Positions 25,710-27,733 of a DNA stretch of 27,733 bases are shown here, one piece after another. The position numbers and the translations under genes were made by a program. The stretch comes from Candidatus Caldarchaeum sp. (GTDB lineage: Archaea; Thermoproteota; Nitrososphaeria_A; Caldarchaeales; Caldarchaeaceae): NCBI GenBank assembly GCA_025054795.1, contig JANWZU010000162.1, positions 1-27,733 of the forward strand. Direction: 5' to 3'. Numbering within the stretch: position 1 is the stretch's first letter; every line of letters begins with the position of its first letter. The notes under the pieces were generated by a model. It saw only the letters and a list, made by a program, of their open reading frames with translations, did no database searches and was not told the DNA's origin.

Positions 25710-27014
25710 TTGGTGGAGAAATACTTGGTCAAGGACGTTAGTCTTGCTGACCAAGGTTTCAAGAAGGTTGTTCTTGCAGAGGCTGCGATGCCTGTCCTCG
25801 GCTTGCTGAAGAAAAGATACGAAAGAGAACGGCCTTTCGAAGGTTTAAAAGTTTCAGCATGTCTGCACATCACGAAGGCGACGGCTGTTTTAGTGCGGGT
25901 GCTCAGAGACGGAGGAGCAGAAGTAGCTTTGTGCGCATCCAACCCCTTGAGCACCCAAGACGACGTAGCGGCTTTCCTAGCCAAAGAAGGGTTTAGCGTA
26001 TACGGCTTCAGGGGAATGACTACCAAGGACTACTACAAGGCCATCGGCCTAGCTCTCTCACACAAGCCCGACCTTACTGTAGACGACGGAGCCGACTTGG
26101 TTGTTTCTCTGCATAAAGTCGCTATGGCTATAGAGGATGAATACACAGGTATGCTTCCACCAGACCTAAGACACGGCATAGACAAGGTGATGGGCGGGAC
26201 TGAGGAGACGACGAGCGGGGTTAACAGGCTAAAGGCGATGGAACGTCAGAATTTACTGAGATATCCGGTTATAGCCGTGAACGACGCTTCCTCGAAAAGC
26301 TTGTTCGACAACCCTCTGGGAACAGGCCAGTCAGCCCTAGACGGAATAATGAGGGCTATGAACGTGCTGTTCGCAGGGAAGAACGTGGTTGTCTGCGGTT
26401 TTGGACGTGTGGGGTCTGGAATTGCTGAAAGGGCCCGCGGAATGGGGGCCAGAGTTATGGTTGTAGAGCCGCAGCCCATCAAAGCTCTTCAAGCCCACAT
26501 GGCAGGCTTCACGGTCGCCTCGATGGAGAAGGCCGCAGAAGTTGGAGACATATTCATCACAGCAACAGGAAACATAGACGTGATAAGAGGCGAGCATTTC
26601 AGAAGGATGAAGGACGGTGCAATACTGGCTAACGCGGGACACATGGACGTCGAGATAAACAAGGAGGACTTGAGGCGCGAGGCGGTTTCGGTTGAAAGGA
26701 TTAAGGAGAACGTAGATCTCTACAGACTCAGAGACGGACGCAGGATCTTCCTGCTCGCCGAAGGCAGGCTGGTTAACCTTGTTTGCGCAGAAGGCCATCC
26801 CTCAGAGGTCATGGACCTCTCCTTCGCCCTACAGGCCGAGGCTTTGAGATACTTGGTCGAAAACCGTGGAAGGCTTGAGAACAAAGTTTACGAAGTCCCG
26901 CATGAGATAGACAGCGGTGTAGCTATGATGAAGCTCGAAGCGCTCGGCGTCGCTCTGGAGAAGTTAACCGATAAGCAGCAAAGCTACATCAGGTCATGGC
27001 AGGCCGGGACTTGA
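25710..27014 (+). CDS. ahcY: Adenosylhomocysteinase
   Basis: ASNPLSTQD, DDGAD, EETTSG, FDN, GFGRVG, TATGN, NAGH, GHPSEVMD. Confidence 0.95.
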   Translation: MVEKYLVKDVSLADQGFKKVVLAEAAMPVLGLLKKRYERERPFEGLKVSACLHITKATAVLVRVLRDGGAEVALCASNPLSTQDDVAAFLAKEGFSVYGFRGMTTKDYYKAIGLALSHKPDLTVDDGADLVVSLHKVAMAIEDEYTGMLPPDLRHGIDKVMGGTEETTSGVNRLKAMERQNLLRYPVIAVNDASSKSLFDNPLGTGQSALDGIMRAMNVLFAGKNVVVCGFGRVGSGIAERARGMGARVMVVEPQPIKALQAHMAGFTVASMEKAAEVGDIFITATGNIDVIRGEHFRRMKDGAILANAGHMDVEINKEDLRREAVSVERIKENVDLYRLRDGRRIFLLAEGRLVNLVCAEGHPSEVMDLSFALQAEALRYLVENRGRLENKVYEVPHEIDSGVAMMKLEALGVALEKLTDKQQSYIRSWQAGT

Positions 27015-27472
27015 GAAAAAGCCCAGACATAGGCCCAAGAATCGTTTTCCTGTCCGTAGAAGGCACCCACGGTTCGTTGAAAGAGATTGCGGTCAGAAGG
27101 GTTGATGTTGTTGACGAAAGAAAAGTCAGAGAAGTTTTAACGAAAGTCTCGAAGAGAGAAATTGAAAATCTTATGAAACTTCTAGACCGGTACGACATAG
27201 TTGCTACGTGGGGTGGAAGCCGGCTGGAATTGCCTCTGCTCACAGCTCAAGCTCTTAAATTCGGCGTCGACCCCTCTCCCCTTTATGCCTTGACTCATGT
27301 TGACTTGGAGGCTTTCGTCAGGGATAAGCTGAGGATCCTAGATACGGACTTGAAAGACATCGCCACGTTTCTCGGAGTCGGTGTTGGGAGGACGAAAGCC
27401 GACACCGTGGCTCGAGTGTTTAAAAGGCTGAGGAGCTTCATCAGAAACACACAACCTGAGCTGGCTCTCTAG
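27011..27472 (+). CDS. Degenerate RNase H-like / DEDD 3'-5' exonuclease-fold protein (YprB/RNase_H_2-like)
   Basis: VFLSVEGT, YDIVATWGGSRLELPLL, HVDL and LKDIATFLGV align by eye to FLDIET, TFNGKRFDIP, HLDL and LKSVEKFLG. TTG 27011 overlaps the ahcY TGA. Confidence 0.6.
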   Translation: MRKSPDIGPRIVFLSVEGTHGSLKEIAVRRVDVVDERKVREVLTKVSKREIENLMKLLDRYDIVATWGGSRLELPLLTAQALKFGVDPSPLYALTHVDLEAFVRDKLRILDTDLKDIATFLGVGVGRTKADTVARVFKRLRSFIRNTQPELAL

Positions 27473-27733
27473 TACCATCTGTCTTTCAGCTTAAGCAGGT
27501 ATGCCGCTGCGTTAGTCCCGACATGCATAAAAACCGTGAACAACGACAGAGCCAGCAAAGTAAGGCTGTCCATCCAGCTAGGCAGCCCTTTGAAGAGATG
27601 AACCAGGGCAAGCGCAGCGAGCAGAAACCCCAGCTGGTCGAGCAGAGGCGCGGGGCTTCCGCTGGGCAGACCAGCCCTCCTCTTGACGAAAGCACCGAGT
27701 ATGTCTCCAGCCATCGCACCTACGGACAGGAGG
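27469..27733 (-). CDS. carS: CDP-archaeol synthase (CarS/DUF46), C-terminal part; 5' end beyond the window
   Basis: GDILGAFVKRR..G..P.LDQL..H..TN..AYLLKLK..W; the frame stays open to the window edge. Confidence 0.87.
   Translation of the reverse strand, partial: LLSVGAMAGDILGAFVKRRAGLPSGSPAPLLDQLGFLLAALALVHLFKGLPSWMDSLTLLALSLFTVFMHVGTNAAAYLLKLKDRWY

Noticed and set aside
1-27733. tRNA, rRNA, CRISPR array, transposase or integrase
   Set aside because: No T-loop/cloverleaf, repeat-spacer array or recombinase motifs seen, and nearly all sequence is assigned to CDSs.

Overview
Gene-dense archaeal housekeeping window. Gene content, frequent TTG/GTG starts and TATA boxes about 25-30 nt upstream of starts suggest a thermophilic TACK archaeon, possibly Caldarchaeales/Aigarchaeota (inference, not a database match). 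It encodes replication genes (cdc6, RFC large and small, TatD), the DnaK-DnaJ-GrpE chaperones with a Na+/Ca2+ exchanger between grpE and dnaK, an rpl31e-aIF6-pfdA-ftsY operon, aIF2-beta, lipid genes (GGR-like reductase, class II HMG-CoA reductase, CarS), thrC, ahcY, an MptD-like aldolase and several hypotheticals. The most notable items missing from the ORF track or hard to explain are: (1) a well-formed box C/D guide sRNA with its own TATA box at about 2824-2880 (-); (2) two convergent, 3'-overlapping paralogous membrane-anchored metzincin proteases with coiled-coil stalks, one ending in an 11-proline tail; (3) a thrC zinc-ribbon N-terminus with no canonical in-frame start codon; (4) palindromic operator candidates at the grpE/rpl31e and regulator-hmgR promoters; (5) a degenerate DEDD exonuclease-like gene coupled to ahcY. 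I found no tRNA, rRNA, CRISPR array, intein or mobile element.
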